Source of the DNA: Heterodontus francisci
Taxonomy: Eukaryota
Direction of reading: 5' to 3'
Length of the DNA stretch: 64,000 nt
Assembly: GCF_036365525.1 (NCBI RefSeq)
Contig: NC_090373.1
Location: 11,791,221 to 11,855,220 of the forward strand
How positions within the stretch are numbered: position 1 is the first letter of the stretch; every line of letters starts with the position of its first letter. Positions 62,301-64,000 of this stretch are shown here, in pieces. Both the position numbers and the translations under genes were made by a program. A model generated the notes under the pieces. That model saw only the letters and a program-made list of their open reading frames with translations, did no database searches and had not been told where the DNA came from.

Positions 62301-63910
62301 CTATGTTCTGCAGCAACTCAATCCAGCACTCAGATAGAAAATAACATTTATCACACGAGTATGAAAATAAAATCATAGCAATTTTACAATTTATAAAAAA
62401 TAAGATCTACCAGTTTTAATCACATTTGAATTAAATTGACATCCGTATTTAAAAGCTGACAGCAGAGGTTCCTGGTAGTGAGCTAGTTACATTTTGCTAT
62501 GGGTAACTTTAAAACTCAAAATATACACATAGCGCTGTTTGGAATAGTCTTTGTGCCACACAGTCCATATTGAAGGTTACCAAACACTGGCCTTATCAGT
62601 GCTTGTGCATTACAAATGTATATGAGTAAACAACAATATTGTTAAGCTCGCATATCTTTTAAAAATAAAGGTTCTTGCTTTTCTTCTGTTTAAATGATTT
62701 TCTGCCATTTGAAGCATATATTAAAACCGAGAGGAAAGAAAATACATAAGTACATGGCCACACAATTTCATTATCGAATTCTTTCCAAGCTCTTTGTGAC
62801 TGGCAAACTTTTAAAACAAAGGTCATGAGATGGAGCTATTCAATAGCCATGCAATATACCCGACCAGCAGTAAAATCACATCGGTCATTGTGTAATGGGT
62901 GTTGACAACAACAACAGCAACAAAAATCCATTGACTGGTTCACAGATATAAATCGTTACAAAACATCACCCATGGAAAAATGAATCAGAAAGTTCAGCAG
63001 ATCATTCGTCCTTAATATTACCTAATGATGAATTAATAAACTACAGGCACAGTAACTGCAAATAAAGGTTATTGATAATCGATAATCATATCTCTGATGT
63101 TATGATGACTTCATTTTGTCAATGTAAACTGCAGAACTGTAGCCATTAGTAACAGGGTTATTGATACAATTCAATAATCAATAATAAGGATAATTAATAT
63201 TTTAAAGGTGCTGGAAGCAGATTCAATAATAACTTTCAAAATGCATTTGATAAATACTTGAAGGGGAAAGATTTGTAGGGCAATGGAGAAAGGACAGGGG
63301 AACGGGACTAATTGGATAGCTCTTTCAAAGCGCCAGTACAAGCACAATGGGCCAAATGGCCTCCTTCTGTGCTGTATTATTCAATAACCCTTTAAGTGTA
63401 GTAGTAATGTATGGAATGAGTCAAGGGGAAGATGTTTTTTGTAAACAGCTATCACCCAGTTGAAATGGATATATTTCTTGTTAAAACATACTGAATGGAG
63501 ATGAAATATTTTCAAAACTTATTTACCAAAGATTCCCAAATTAGATGGGAAATACAGTCAGTATATTCAAGGACAAGTAACTGAATCACCGAACAAGTCC
63601 ATCAGCCAGATTTGTAAATGCAAAAATCTACTGTAACTGCTGTGTCCCATGCTCAACACAACAGTTTTTCAATTAAATTGTAAATGAAACATCAGCAGTC
63701 AGATTGGGAGCACAGCAAGACCTTATTTAGAATGTGGCTTGATTTGCACTTGCCTTGCATACAGGGAATTACCCAGACGGTTTTGCAAATTACAAAGAAA
63801 AGGTCTGGGTACCTGTGCTGGTGAGGCATTGACTAAGCTATAAAGTGTGTTAAATAAAGCAGTTCAAAAACTGCCACACCTGAAATAGTTTGTGGTTAAA
63901 AATTGGACTT
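59340..63910 (-). other. Candidate long 3' UTR of the COL19A1-like gene
   Basis: About 4.5 kb of AT-rich, transposon-poor sequence downstream of the minus-strand stop; minus-strand AATAAA (tttatt) at 62019-62024 and 59356-59361. Confidence 0.45.
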
Positions 63911-64000
63911 TCATCCTTGTGCGGACGGTTGTGGAAAACCTGCAGGAAAGAGACAGTCTGCAGGGTCACATTGTCCATCTTGTCCTGGAGGGCCTATGAT
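63911..64000 (-). CDS. COL19A1: 3' end of a FACIT collagen terminal exon, probably COL19A1 (IIGPPGQDGQCDPADCLFPAGFPQPSAQG*); runs off the window edge
   Basis: The reverse complement gives Gly-X-Y, then C-x4-C and a short NC1 ending in TGA; resembles recalled human COL19A1 GPSGRCNPEDCLYP; it converges on COL9A1 as in mammals. Only 29 codons are visible. Confidence 0.75.
   Translation of the reverse strand: MIGPPGQDGQCDPADCLFPAGFPQPSAQG

Overview
Vertebrate genomic DNA, almost certainly from a cartilaginous fish (shark-type SINE, CR1 and Penelope repeats), and very rich in repeats. It holds the last eight coding exons of a COL9A1(-like) collagen IX gene on + (7518-34496; GT-AG junctions and exon sizes 36/45/33/147/55/189/78 bp plus terminal exon, as I recall them for human COL9A1). 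At the far right edge on - is the stop-containing end of a second FACIT collagen, most likely COL19A1, in the tail-to-tail arrangement known from mammals. The rest is mostly transposons: a young 5'-truncated RTE LINE with an open 904-aa frame and an 11-bp TSD, many CR1 fragments, HE1/V-SINE-like SINEs, Penelope-like elements carrying minimal hammerhead motifs, four solo LTRs with TSDs, a hAT MITE and Harbinger-like remnants. The most striking observation is a 3.2-kb CR1-group LINE (about 20133-23376). Its 5' end is a tRNA-like RNA polymerase III promoter (A box plus perfect B box), it has no ORF1, its sense strand nearly lacks Pol III terminator T-runs, and its head and tail joined together reproduce a SINE family present several times in the window. 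This suggests an autonomous Pol III-transcribed LINE whose internal deletions give rise to SINEs. A circularly permuted inverted duplication (46108-46637 copied to 47506-48033) is also present. All counts and coordinates were read by eye.
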